This document shows, piece by piece, positions 8,415 to 16,601 of a stretch of DNA of 64,000 nt. Each line of letters starts with the position of its first letter. Within the stretch, counting starts at the first letter, position 1. The position numbers were made by a program, and so were the translations under genes. A model generated the notes under the pieces. It was not told the origin of the DNA and searched no databases. It saw only the letters and a list, made by a program, of their open reading frames with translations. Source of the DNA: Candidatus Micrarchaeota archaeon (GTDB lineage: Archaea; Micrarchaeota; Micrarchaeia; Burarchaeales; JACRGF01). The stretch is taken from contig JACRGF010000007.1 in the NCBI GenBank assembly GCA_016212395.1, forward strand, positions 1,910 to 65,909. The letters run 5' to 3'.

Positions 8415-9530
8415 ATGGGAGAGAAGACGACTTTCAGCATAATAAAAGCCGACGTTGGCGGCTATCCCGGGCACGTGGGAATGCACCCGAAGCTCGAGGA
8501 GAAGGCACGAGAGTGCCTCGCGCAGGAGAAAGGCAAAACGCTTGTGGATTATTGCGTTTCGCACTGCGGGGACGACTTGGAGTTGATAATGACGCACGGG
8601 AACGGAGTTGACGCGAAGGAAGTGCACAAGCTCGCGTGGGACACGTTCAAAGACTGCACTGAAATAGCGAAAGAACTGCATTTGTACGGCGCTGGCCAGG
8701 ATTTGCTGAGCGACGCGTTCTCTGGGAACATTAAAGGCTTGGGCCCAGGCTGTGCTGAAATGGAGTTCACAGAGAGGAAGAGCGAGCCCATAGTCGCGTT
8801 CTTGATGGACAAGACAGAGCCAGGCGCGTTCAACATGCCCATCTACAAAATGTTTGCAGACCCGTTCAACACCATCGGGTTGGTGATTGACCCGAACGCG
8901 CAGGCAGGATTCAAGTTTGAAGTGTGGGACATTCAGGAACACAAGCGCGTGTACTTCAACATGCCTGAAGAAATGTACAAAATGCTCGTGCTCATTGGAG
9001 CGCAAAGCAGGTACGTCATAAAAAGAATTTACCCAAAGCCAGGCGGGAAACTGCCTGAAAACGAGCCTGTCGCGTGCATAAGCACAGACAAGCTGTTTGA
9101 AATCGCCGGCGAGTACGTAGGGAAAGACGACCCTGTCGCAGTAGTGCGAAGCCAGTCAGGCTTGCCTGCACTCGGAGAAGTGCTCGAGCCGTTCTCATTC
9201 CCGCACACTGTAGCCGGCTGGATGCGAGGCTCTCACCACGGGCCGCTCATGCCAGTAGCAGTTGAAGACGCGACGCCAACGCGTTTCGACGGGCCTCCGC
9301 GCGCAGTAGCGCTCGGATTCCAGTTGGCGAACGGAAAACTCGTCGGGCCAGTGGACTTGTTCAAAGACAAGTCATTCGACAGGGCGCGCTCGCAAGCTCT
9401 CGCAGCAGCAGACTACTACCGCAGGCACGGGCCGTTCGAACCCCACAGGCTCGGCTTGGAAGACATGGAGTACACGACGCTGCCGAAAGTAATGAAAGAA
9501 CTCGTCGGAAGATTCGAAAAACTCGAATAG
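8415..9530 (+). CDS. fbp: Fructose-1,6-bisphosphate aldolase/phosphatase (class V FBPase)
   Basis: The N-terminus MGEKTTFSIIKADVGGYPGH is characteristic, and the length (about 371 aa) fits. The track ORF starts 24 nt upstream. Confidence 0.93.
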   Translation: MGEKTTFSIIKADVGGYPGHVGMHPKLEEKARECLAQEKGKTLVDYCVSHCGDDLELIMTHGNGVDAKEVHKLAWDTFKDCTEIAKELHLYGAGQDLLSDAFSGNIKGLGPGCAEMEFTERKSEPIVAFLMDKTEPGAFNMPIYKMFADPFNTIGLVIDPNAQAGFKFEVWDIQEHKRVYFNMPEEMYKMLVLIGAQSRYVIKRIYPKPGGKLPENEPVACISTDKLFEIAGEYVGKDDPVAVVRSQSGLPALGEVLEPFSFPHTVAGWMRGSHHGPLMPVAVEDATPTRFDGPPRAVALGFQLANGKLVGPVDLFKDKSFDRARSQALAAADYYRRHGPFEPHRLGLEDMEYTTLPKVMKELVGRFEKLE

Positions 9531-9704
9531 AGTTTTTCAACTTTTCTTTATTTTTTTTTCTATTCCTGCTTCTTCCTATTCTGTTTTTTTTCTTCTTTGT
9601 TTTTTTCCTTCTTTTATTTCTCGTATTTTTCTTTCCTGTTTTTTTTTATTTTTTCCTATTGCGTTTCTTCTTTTTCTCTTTTTTTTCTTCCTGTTTTTTT
9701 CTTT

Positions 9705-10544
9705 TTATTTCTTGTACTTTTTCAGCACTGTCGGCAGGTTGTTTGCAACGTCTGTTGCGAGGAGAGAGTAGCCGAGTTTTTTGAATGCTTCACTGCCAGC
9801 AGCGCCGTTGAGGAATGCAGCCATGCACGCAGCTTCGAACAAGGAATGCTTCTGCGATACAAGCGCGCCGAGCACTCCTGCTAGAACGTCGCCAGTGCCG
9901 CCGACAGTCATGCCTGCATTGCCGGTGCTTGAATAAGCAGTCTGTTCGCCGTCTGAAATAACATCTGTAGGGCCTTTCAGCAACACAACGCAACCTAACT
10001 TTTTTGCTGTTTTTTCTGCTTGCGCGCAACGCTCGCGCAATGAAGTTGAAGGAAGAAAGCCCGACAGGCGCTTGAACTCGCCGGCGTGTGGAGTTAAAAC
10101 GCTGTTGGAAGGAAAACGCGTGCTTGCATTCAACGCGTCAGCATCAACAATAAGAGGAACGTCAACAGACTTGAAAAAATAGGAAACGCAGGACAACGCT
10201 TCTTCATTTTTGCCCAAGCCGCTTCCAACAACAAAACAATCAACGCTCGACCGCAAGTTTAAAGCAACGCTTAAGCCTTTCTCGTTGAATTCTTCTCCTT
10301 CAAAATCACGCACTATAAAATCAGGGGAATAGCCTGCAACAGTCCGAGAAATATAATTTGGAACTGTGAGGTAAGCCAAGTCAGCGCCTGAACGCAACGC
10401 GCCAAAACCAACAAGAGCAGGAGCGCCGAAAAACAGCCTGCAACCGCCGACAACACCAACCCTGCCGTTAACGCCTTTGTGACTCGCAGGGTCAACTCGC
10501 TTCAAGTGCTTCAACACAAACTTGCTGGAAACTTCAAAAACCAT
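9705..10544 (-). CDS. ADP-dependent NAD(P)H-hydrate dehydratase (YjeF C-terminal / carbohydrate kinase family)
   Basis: Motifs SHKGVNGRVGVVGG...GAPALVGFGALRSGADL ... LLKGPTDVI ... GGTGDVLAG. Confidence 0.8.
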   Translation of the reverse strand: MVFEVSSKFVLKHLKRVDPASHKGVNGRVGVVGGCRLFFGAPALVGFGALRSGADLAYLTVPNYISRTVAGYSPDFIVRDFEGEEFNEKGLSVALNLRSSVDCFVVGSGLGKNEEALSCVSYFFKSVDVPLIVDADALNASTRFPSNSVLTPHAGEFKRLSGFLPSTSLRERCAQAEKTAKKLGCVVLLKGPTDVISDGEQTAYSSTGNAGMTVGGTGDVLAGVLGALVSQKHSLFEAACMAAFLNGAAGSEAFKKLGYSLLATDVANNLPTVLKKYKK

Positions 10545-10576
10545 GAAGAGAGTTTAAAACGAGAAACATAAAAAAA

Positions 10577-11158
10577 CTAGTCTGCCTGCGGGCAACGGCG
10601 CGCAGACAGGGTATCGCAGAACGGTGCAAGCATTTGCTTTAACGCTTCCACATCATCGCAACGACGTACGGCACGCAAGAGAGTTGGAACGTCAGCGCCG
10701 GCGTTGAACGCGCTGAAAACAACCCGCCTTGCTTCACGCTTGTCTCCGTTGAATTTTTCAAAAGTTTCCCCGTTCAGCCTGCCATTGTCTGTTTTAGAAA
10801 AAGAAAGGCGTTCTTCAGGAGTGAGCGCGCCCCAAGCACGCACTTGCGCAGCACGCAACCCGCCGAATTTTCTTGAAACAACATTCAACGCAGCACGCTC
10901 ACCGCTTGCGAGCGCTTCAACCGTCGGCCACCTGCCGTGCGCTCTCCGGTACGCTGCAAAATACTCTGCCACGCTTTCAAACCTGCGGTATTTGTCACCG
11001 CGCTTGGCGTAAGTTATTGATTCAAGCCCGTGCGCGCGCAGTATCGTATTAATTCCACGAACGTGGTGTGCAACCGTGTTTTTGTCTAGGTGCAATGCTT
11101 GCACTGCTTGCCGTATAGTAGCTTTCGGGTTTTCTTTGAAAAACAAATATACCTCCAT
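10577..11158 (-). CDS. HTH-containing hypothetical protein
   Basis: I placed the start at the internal Met (MEVYLFFKENPKATIRQAVQALHLDKNTV) to remove a 154-nt overlap with the upstream ORF. It shares the motif LRAHGLE with the neighbouring 397-aa protein. The segment YRRAHGRWPTVEAL...VSRKFGGLRAA recalls homing-endonuclease-associated repeats (weak). Confidence 0.45.
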   Translation of the reverse strand: MEVYLFFKENPKATIRQAVQALHLDKNTVAHHVRGINTILRAHGLESITYAKRGDKYRRFESVAEYFAAYRRAHGRWPTVEALASGERAALNVVSRKFGGLRAAQVRAWGALTPEERLSFSKTDNGRLNGETFEKFNGDKREARRVVFSAFNAGADVPTLLRAVRRCDDVEALKQMLAPFCDTLSARRCPQAD

Positions 11159-11193
11159 TTTTTTCTTAGGAATAAAAGACTCTTCGTTTGGAG

Positions 11194-12387
11194 TTAAGAC
11201 AGGCAAGTCAAACAATTTAGCAAACGCCAGAGGGATAGAATATTTGGAGCCCCATAATTTAATCCGGGAAAATGGTTTTGGAAGCTTGTTTTTAGCGCGC
11301 CGGTTTCTACCTTCATCCATTTGCTTGGCAACGTTCCGCCAAAGCATGCGTATTCCGGAAACAGCGTCTGAAACCTCGCTGTGGGATGTAAAGCGAAAAA
11401 CCAGATGATTTGCTCTTGCCTTGGAGTAAAATACGCTGAAAGGCTTTGTTTTTCTGATGGTTTTTCCGCGACTGCCTCTGCAAATTCTTCTGAAAGCGAG
11501 AATCTGAACCCTTTGTTTTTCGAACGGGCGAATGCATCAACACCAAACAACGCGGCGCGTTCGCTTATCTCTAACACTATTTTTCTTGCTCGGGTCCTGG
11601 AGAAACCGCGTTGTTCAATCAACTCCGCATGCGAACTGCCGGGGTGTTCAGCAATAAAACGAATGGTTTTTTGTTTTTTTTCAGAAAAAACAGCCATGCT
11701 TAACGCGCTTGCCAACTCAATGCCAAAAAGCGTTGCAAGCTCTTCACGCACAAAAAATAAATGAGGGTCGCCCAACTCAACACCAAGCGCTTCAGGCAAG
11801 CCACAATCCCTGCACGCTCGGTTTATTCTGCTGCACATAGACTGAAACGCTTTTAGAGACGTTTTGGTTTTTTCAAGGCCGTGCGCTCTCAAAGAATAAT
11901 TGTGTTTTGCCAACCACCTGACGAAACGCGCGTCACGCCTGCTCATAACATCCTCCAAGCGATAATCTTTCCCTGGAACGAGAACACGCCGGGCAACATC
12001 AAACAAGGAGGGATTCAACTCTAAATAATAAAAATTACATTTTACGCTCTTTCCATTCAACGCCAGCGAGAGAACGCCGGGTTCACCAAACGCACGCAAA
12101 AACCGTTTATTCAAATAATGAATTGCTTGAGAACACGCCCGGTCCTTAAACAGGGGGTCTGACGGCAACACGACCCGCGCGAACAACGCGTTCAATACGT
12201 GTTTCTCTAACGGCATTAAACGAAACGGAAGAGATTGTAAAGAAAACAACGACAGCCTTGCTGCAACCGGCCGCGCGCCCGCGGACCCGCTAACCAAAAC
12301 ACCCCGAACCGCCAACCGCTCGGACACAGGCACGCTCGCTTGTCTGCCCAAAGCTGCACGCGAACCAACCCACCCATCTTTAAACAT
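11194..12387 (-). CDS. Hypothetical protein with HTH-like segments, partial paralog of the downstream gene
   Basis: 397-aa ORF with segments LAKHNYSLRAHGLE and KTIRFIAEHPGSSHAELIEQRGFSRTRARKIV. I recognise no catalytic motif. Confidence 0.45.
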   Translation of the reverse strand: MFKDGWVGSRAALGRQASVPVSERLAVRGVLVSGSAGARPVAARLSLFSLQSLPFRLMPLEKHVLNALFARVVLPSDPLFKDRACSQAIHYLNKRFLRAFGEPGVLSLALNGKSVKCNFYYLELNPSLFDVARRVLVPGKDYRLEDVMSRRDARFVRWLAKHNYSLRAHGLEKTKTSLKAFQSMCSRINRACRDCGLPEALGVELGDPHLFFVREELATLFGIELASALSMAVFSEKKQKTIRFIAEHPGSSHAELIEQRGFSRTRARKIVLEISERAALFGVDAFARSKNKGFRFSLSEEFAEAVAEKPSEKQSLSAYFTPRQEQIIWFFALHPTARFQTLFPEYACFGGTLPSKWMKVETGALKTSFQNHFPGLNYGAPNILSLWRLLNCLTCLS

Positions 12388-12480
12388 TTAGAATCAGAAA
12401 TAATGTTTGTATAAACTCCTTTAAAAACACCCGACAAAACAACCAAACAAAAACAAACCAAAACCCCCAAACAAACAACA

Positions 12481-12642
12481 CACAACCACCAAAAACAAAA
12501 ACGTTTCGACTTGTTCTTATTTGTTTCGACTCGTTTCGCAATACGAAGCAAAACCACTCAAAACAACTTCAAAACTTCCAAACCCCAAAACTACAAAACG
12601 CCTAAACCTCTAATTTGAAACTCACAACCCCAAAAACAAAAC
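12481..12642. repeat. 162-nt intergenic repeat, copy A (near-identical to 24089-24250)
   Basis: By-eye alignment: cacaaccaccaaaa(a/c)caaaaacgtttcgacttgttct..gtttcgactcgtttcgcaatacgaagcaaaaccactc(a/g)aaacaacttcaaaacttccaaaccccaaaactacaaaac..cctaaacctctaatttgaaactcacaaccccaaaaacaaaac, with about 6 mismatches. Confidence 0.85.
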
Positions 12643-12894
12643 CACCAAGACGACCCAACCACTCAAAACCATGAAACTACAAAACACATAAACAAAACTC
12701 AAAATCCTAAATCACACACACCCCAAAAACACCAAAACCAAAAACCTCCAACACCCCCCAAACTCAAAACCGGAAACTGAAAACTTCGCCTCCTACCCAC
12801 CCCACTTCCACTAATCAACATAATAATAAAATAAAAATACGGGTAAACTACTCTAAAACTCCTTTAAACAACCAAAAGAAGTATTAATAAATAT

Positions 12895-12916
12895 TAATGT
12901 AACTATGGTTACATTA
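12895..12916. promoter_or_regulatory. Perfect 9-bp inverted repeat (TAATGTAAC-tatg-GTTACATTA) abutting the start codon of the 78-aa ORF; candidate operator
   Basis: Read directly from the sequence: taatgtaac tatg gttacatta, followed by ATG at 12916. Confidence 0.4.
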
Positions 12917-13152
12917 TGTTATTATACACTTACGATTTGAAAATAAAAGGATTAAATAGTTACAATACGTTAAAGAGGCGTTTTTATTATGATTTAGGCA
13001 AATCTGAGTTGTCTGCGAGTCCTTGGAGGACTAAGAGTGTTTTATTGGTTAGTGAGGGGTTGGAGGAGAAGGCTGATGTTTTCTTTCGTCGTTTTGAGGG
13101 TTTTATTGAAGTTTATAAGGTTAGGTTTGATGAGTTGGTTAAAGTAGTTTGA
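12916..13152 (+). CDS. Small hypothetical protein (weak Cas2/VapD-like pattern)
   Basis: 78-aa ORF: LYTYDLKIKG...LKRRFYYDLGKS...TKSVLLVSEG...FIEVYKVR. The assignment is speculative. Confidence 0.4.
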   Translation: MLLYTYDLKIKGLNSYNTLKRRFYYDLGKSELSASPWRTKSVLLVSEGLEEKADVFFRRFEGFIEVYKVRFDELVKVV

Positions 13153-13199
13153 AAAAAGAAAGAAAAAAGTAGAGTATTGGAAGTGTAGGGTCTGTGTGT

Positions 13200-13523
13200 T
13201 TATCTTCTGGTGTTTAGGAAGCTTGGCCCGTCTCTTCCTGCTGGTGATGGCGTGTCTTCCATTGCTTCTGTTATTGCTGCGCTGCTTCCTGCTTTGCTTA
13301 CTACCATCACGTCTTCCACGCTTCGGACGCTTTTGTACATTATGCTTTTTTCGCGGAGCACTCTTTTTGCTTCGTCCCTGCTTACTCCTTGGAGCCCTTC
13401 AAGAGATATTCTTCCTACTTCGCCTCTCTCCAAGTCTACTATCAAGTCTTGGACTCGGCCGAGGAATTTTCCCGTGTCCGTGAACACGTCCATTCCGTAG
13501 AGTTTCGATATTCGCATGCTCAT
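13200..13523 (-). CDS. PRC-barrel domain protein
   Basis: Sequence MSMRISKLYGMDVFTDTGKFLGRVQDLIVDLERGEV is a typical PRC-barrel N-terminus. A GGTGA Shine-Dalgarno-like element lies 6 nt upstream of the ATG at 13523. Confidence 0.6.
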   Translation of the reverse strand: MSMRISKLYGMDVFTDTGKFLGRVQDLIVDLERGEVGRISLEGLQGVSRDEAKRVLREKSIMYKSVRSVEDVMVVSKAGSSAAITEAMEDTPSPAGRDGPSFLNTRR

Positions 13524-13683
13524 TGCTCTCACCTCTGAAAACAAAACTGGCGGAAATAGTATAATTCCTATTGTTTAAAATACTTTTCTCGAGTGGGTTT
13601 TTTTAGAGTTTTAAAGTTTTGAAAAGGGTGGTGTTTCTAAACTCCTAAACTCCAAAACTCAAAACAGTTTAAGGTGTGTTGTT

Positions 13684-14058
13684 GTGAGCATTGGTTTGTT
13701 TTTGCGTGATAAGCCTGTTAAGTTGTTTGTGTTGTTGCGTGATGGCAGCGTGCAGTGGCACGTGTCTGGCTTGGCTAAGGCGTCCGGCATGAGTTTTTTT
13801 CACGCGTCTAATTTGTTGGAGCAGTTGGCGAGCGATGGTTTTGTTGTTTTCGAGTTGAAGGGCAAGTTTAAGTTTGTGAAGTTGACTGAGAAGGGTTTGG
13901 TGCTTGCTAATTTGTTGAGTGAGTTGAACGCGAAGTTTAGGAAGGAGGTTAAGAAGGAAGTTGTTGTCGAGCAAAAACCAGAAGCACCTGTTGTTTTCCA
14001 ACCACCTCTACAAAAATCAGTTGAGTTGAAGCCTGAAGAGAAGCCTCCGTCGTCTTAG
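13684..14058 (+). CDS. Winged-helix DNA-binding protein with a Lys/Glu/Pro-rich tail
   Basis: 124-aa ORF with VSGLAKASGMSFFHASNLLEQLASDGFVVFELKGKFKFVKLTEKG. Confidence 0.55.
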   Translation: MSIGLFLRDKPVKLFVLLRDGSVQWHVSGLAKASGMSFFHASNLLEQLASDGFVVFELKGKFKFVKLTEKGLVLANLLSELNAKFRKEVKKEVVVEQKPEAPVVFQPPLQKSVELKPEEKPPSS

Positions 14059-15164
14059 AGTGTTGTTTGAATCGTTTTTTCCAATTCTTCTATTTTTACA
14101 GTGTTTCCGCCTGTTTCTTTCACGAATAGTTTGAGTTTTGCGAGTGCGTTTCCTTTGTCTATTGCTTCTTCTGCTTTTTGCGCTGCTTCCTTGAGTTCGT
14201 TGGCTTTCCCGCCAACTATCAACCCGAGCGCGGCGTTTGTCACTACCAAGTCTCTTTTTGCTCCGCGTTCTCCTTTGAATATTGCGATGATTGTTCGCGC
14301 GTTTTCTTTAGCGTCTCCGCCGAGCACGTCTTCTATTTTCGCGCGCGCCAGCCCGAAGTCTTCCGGTGTTACTTCCCTTTTTCTTATTCCTTTAGCGTTC
14401 ACTTCACACATGAGTGTTTTTCCTATTGTGCTTACTTCGTCGAGCCCGTCCAGCCCGTGCACTACAAACCCTCGTTCACATCCTAGTTCTTTCAATACTT
14501 TGCCTATTTTTTCCACTAACTCTGCTTCGTATACTCCTATCACTTGTTTTTTCGCTTCGAACGGGTTTGTGAGCGGGCCGAGCATGTTGAACACTGTCCT
14601 GATTTTTATTGCTTTTCTGACTGGCGCGGCGTGTTTCATTGCAGGGTGCCATATTGGCGCGAATAGGAACGTTATTCCTGTTTTTTCGAGCACGCGTGCT
14701 GCTTCTCTTGTTTGCATGTTTATGTTCACTCCGAGTTCTTCCAGCACGTCGGCGCTTCCTGCTTTGCTTGTTACTGCGCGGTTTCCGTGTTTTGCGACGT
14801 TTATTCCCGCGCCTGCGAGCACGAACGCGGTTGCAGTGCTTACGTTGAACGTTTTGATTTTGTCGCCTCCTGTTCCGCACGTGTCCAATAGGTTCGTCGC
14901 GTTCGTTTCTATCTTCAAGGCGTTTTCGCGCATTACTCGCGCGAACGCAGTTATTTCTTCAGCGCTTTCGCCTTTCATTCTTAGCGCTGTGAGGAAGCTT
15001 GCCGTCTGGGGTTCGCTTGCTTCGCCTTTCATTATCTCGTTCATTGCCGTGGTAGCTTCCTCACTAGTCAAGTCTCGGCGTTCAACCAGTTTGCTTATGC
15101 ATTCTACAATCACATTCAACACCCAATAATTTGCAACAAACACAAACAAGCATTTCCATTGCAA
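14055..15164 (-). CDS. trpD: Anthranilate phosphoribosyltransferase family protein
   Basis: Motif GTGGDKIKTFNVSTATAFVLAGAGINVAKHGNRAVTSKAGSADVLE. The true start is probably the GTG at about 15122 (MLNVIVECISKL). Confidence 0.85.
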   Translation of the reverse strand: MQWKCLFVFVANYWVLNVIVECISKLVERRDLTSEEATTAMNEIMKGEASEPQTASFLTALRMKGESAEEITAFARVMRENALKIETNATNLLDTCGTGGDKIKTFNVSTATAFVLAGAGINVAKHGNRAVTSKAGSADVLEELGVNINMQTREAARVLEKTGITFLFAPIWHPAMKHAAPVRKAIKIRTVFNMLGPLTNPFEAKKQVIGVYEAELVEKIGKVLKELGCERGFVVHGLDGLDEVSTIGKTLMCEVNAKGIRKREVTPEDFGLARAKIEDVLGGDAKENARTIIAIFKGERGAKRDLVVTNAALGLIVGGKANELKEAAQKAEEAIDKGNALAKLKLFVKETGGNTVKIEELEKTIQTTL

Positions 15165-15415
15165 GCATTGTCGTGCGTTGTTTTGTTCCTGTATTCGTTA
15201 TCTCCTGCTTGTTTTGCATTGTTTTTGTTCGCGTGTTGTTGTTTTTCACGCATTTTTTTTGTTTTTTTTTGTTTGTGTTTTTCGTTTTTTTCAGTTTTGT
15301 TCGTGCATTCCCTTTTCGTTTACTCTCCCATTGTTACTTTTCTCGTTCGCATACTCTTTATATTTTTTGTTTTTCCTTTATTTACCCATTGGTTTTCTTT
15401 TGAGGGTGGTGTGTT

Positions 15416-16336
15416 ATGCCGGTGAAGGCTGACTTTGTTTGGATGAATGGAAAAATGGTTCCTTTTGCTGATGCTAAAGTGCATGTGTTGACGCACGCGC
15501 TTCATTACGGCACGGGCGTGTTCGAGGGCATTCGTTGTTACGAGACCGTGAAAGGCTCGGCAGTGTTTCGCTTGAAGGAGCACGTGAAGCGCTTGTTTAA
15601 TTCAGCGAAGATTTACTCGATGAAAGTCCCTTACTCTGAAGAGGAAATCTGCAAGGCGATTAAGGAGACGATTAAGGCGAACAAGTTGAACGCGTGCTAC
15701 ATTCGGCCGATTATTTACTATGGCTTTAGCGAGATGGGCCTTAACCCGTTGAAGAACCCGATTGACGTTTCTATCGCCGTGTGGCCTTGGGGCACTTACC
15801 TTGGAGAAGAGGGTTTGAAGAAGGGCGTGCGTTGCAAGATTTCAAGTTGGTGCAGGATTGACTCTAGAATTCTTCCTCCGCAGGCTAAGGCTACTGCGAA
15901 TTACATGAATTCCGTGATCGCGAAGCTCGAGGCGCTGGACTGCAAGTACGACGAGGCGATTGTGACGAATTTGAACGGCTTGATTGCAGAAGGCCCAGGC
16001 GAGAACATTTTCATTGTCAAGGAAGGAAAGGTCATCACGCCTCCTGCTGGCGCTGGAATTCTTTTCGGAATTACGCGCGATTCCGCTATTAGCGTAGCGC
16101 GTGATTTGGGTTTTGAAGTGATAGAGCGTGACATTCCACGAGAGGAATTGTTCACTGCAGACGAAGCGTTCTTCACTGGCACTGCTGCAGAAGTTACGCC
16201 TATTCGGGAAGTGGACGGCAGAATTATCGGCTCTGGTTCGCGTGGCCCGATTACTGAAAAAATCCAGTCTACGTTCTTCGACCTAGTGAAAGGCAAGAAC
16301 AAAAAATATGAAAAATGGCTTGACTACGTGAAGTGA
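15416..16336 (+). CDS. ilvE: Branched-chain amino acid aminotransferase (class IV)
   Basis: Motif HVLTHALHYGTGVFEGIRCY ... EGPGENIF ... GITR, in a 306-aa ORF. Confidence 0.92.
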   Translation: MPVKADFVWMNGKMVPFADAKVHVLTHALHYGTGVFEGIRCYETVKGSAVFRLKEHVKRLFNSAKIYSMKVPYSEEEICKAIKETIKANKLNACYIRPIIYYGFSEMGLNPLKNPIDVSIAVWPWGTYLGEEGLKKGVRCKISSWCRIDSRILPPQAKATANYMNSVIAKLEALDCKYDEAIVTNLNGLIAEGPGENIFIVKEGKVITPPAGAGILFGITRDSAISVARDLGFEVIERDIPREELFTADEAFFTGTAAEVTPIREVDGRIIGSGSRGPITEKIQSTFFDLVKGKNKKYEKWLDYVK

Positions 16337-16437
16337 TTTAAACACTTCACAACAATTCGTATGTGGATGAACCAACGCTTCTGTGAATGAATTAAATCTG
16401 CTGCCAAGCGCCTGAGAAGCTGAGGGGGCCGGTTAAG

Positions 16438-16483
16438 AGTTTTGTAGTTTTGGGGTTTGGAAGTTTTGAAGTTGTTTCGAGTA
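16438..16483. repeat. Inverted 46-nt perfect copy of the core of the 162-nt repeat
   Basis: The sequence gagttttgtagttttggggtttggaagttttgaagttgtttcgagt is the reverse complement of 24164-24209. Confidence 0.85.
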
Positions 16484-16601
16484 GCTTGCGTGGAGTAAAA
16501 CGTTTAGAAGTTTCGAGGTTTTGGAGTTTAGCAGTTTTGAATAGCTTGTTCTAAGTTGTTTTGTTTGCATGCATTTTGACGAGAATGTTTTTGCTTTGAG
16601 T

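Noticed and set aside
9597-9884. Phe/Ser/Leu-rich ORFs in the T-rich tracts (also 15131-15432, 49551-49793, 61269-61697)
   Set aside because: They are translations of polypyrimidine low-complexity intergenic DNA in several overlapping frames. They have no start context and implausible composition.
12216-12557. 113-aa ORF upstream of the 397-aa gene
   Set aside because: It reads straight through the 162-nt intergenic repeat and the A/C-skewed tract, and its product is a Cys/Val/Leu/Phe string. It is most likely non-coding.
12420-12830. Possible CRISPR array, or telomere-like (C4A4) / G-quadruplex tract
   Set aside because: There is no fixed-length repeat alternating with unique spacers. The C4/G4 runs are 50-100 nt apart, too far for canonical G4 folding. 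No cas genes are present.
14101-15129. Long antisense or alternative-frame ORFs inside confident genes (for example 6621-7337, 7344-8152, 14101-15129, 29226-30017, 38923-39750, 52943-53605)
   Set aside because: Each lies fully within a gene that has strong family motifs on the other strand or frame. Their products are low-complexity (Ser/Ala/Phe-rich). They are artefacts of codon bias.
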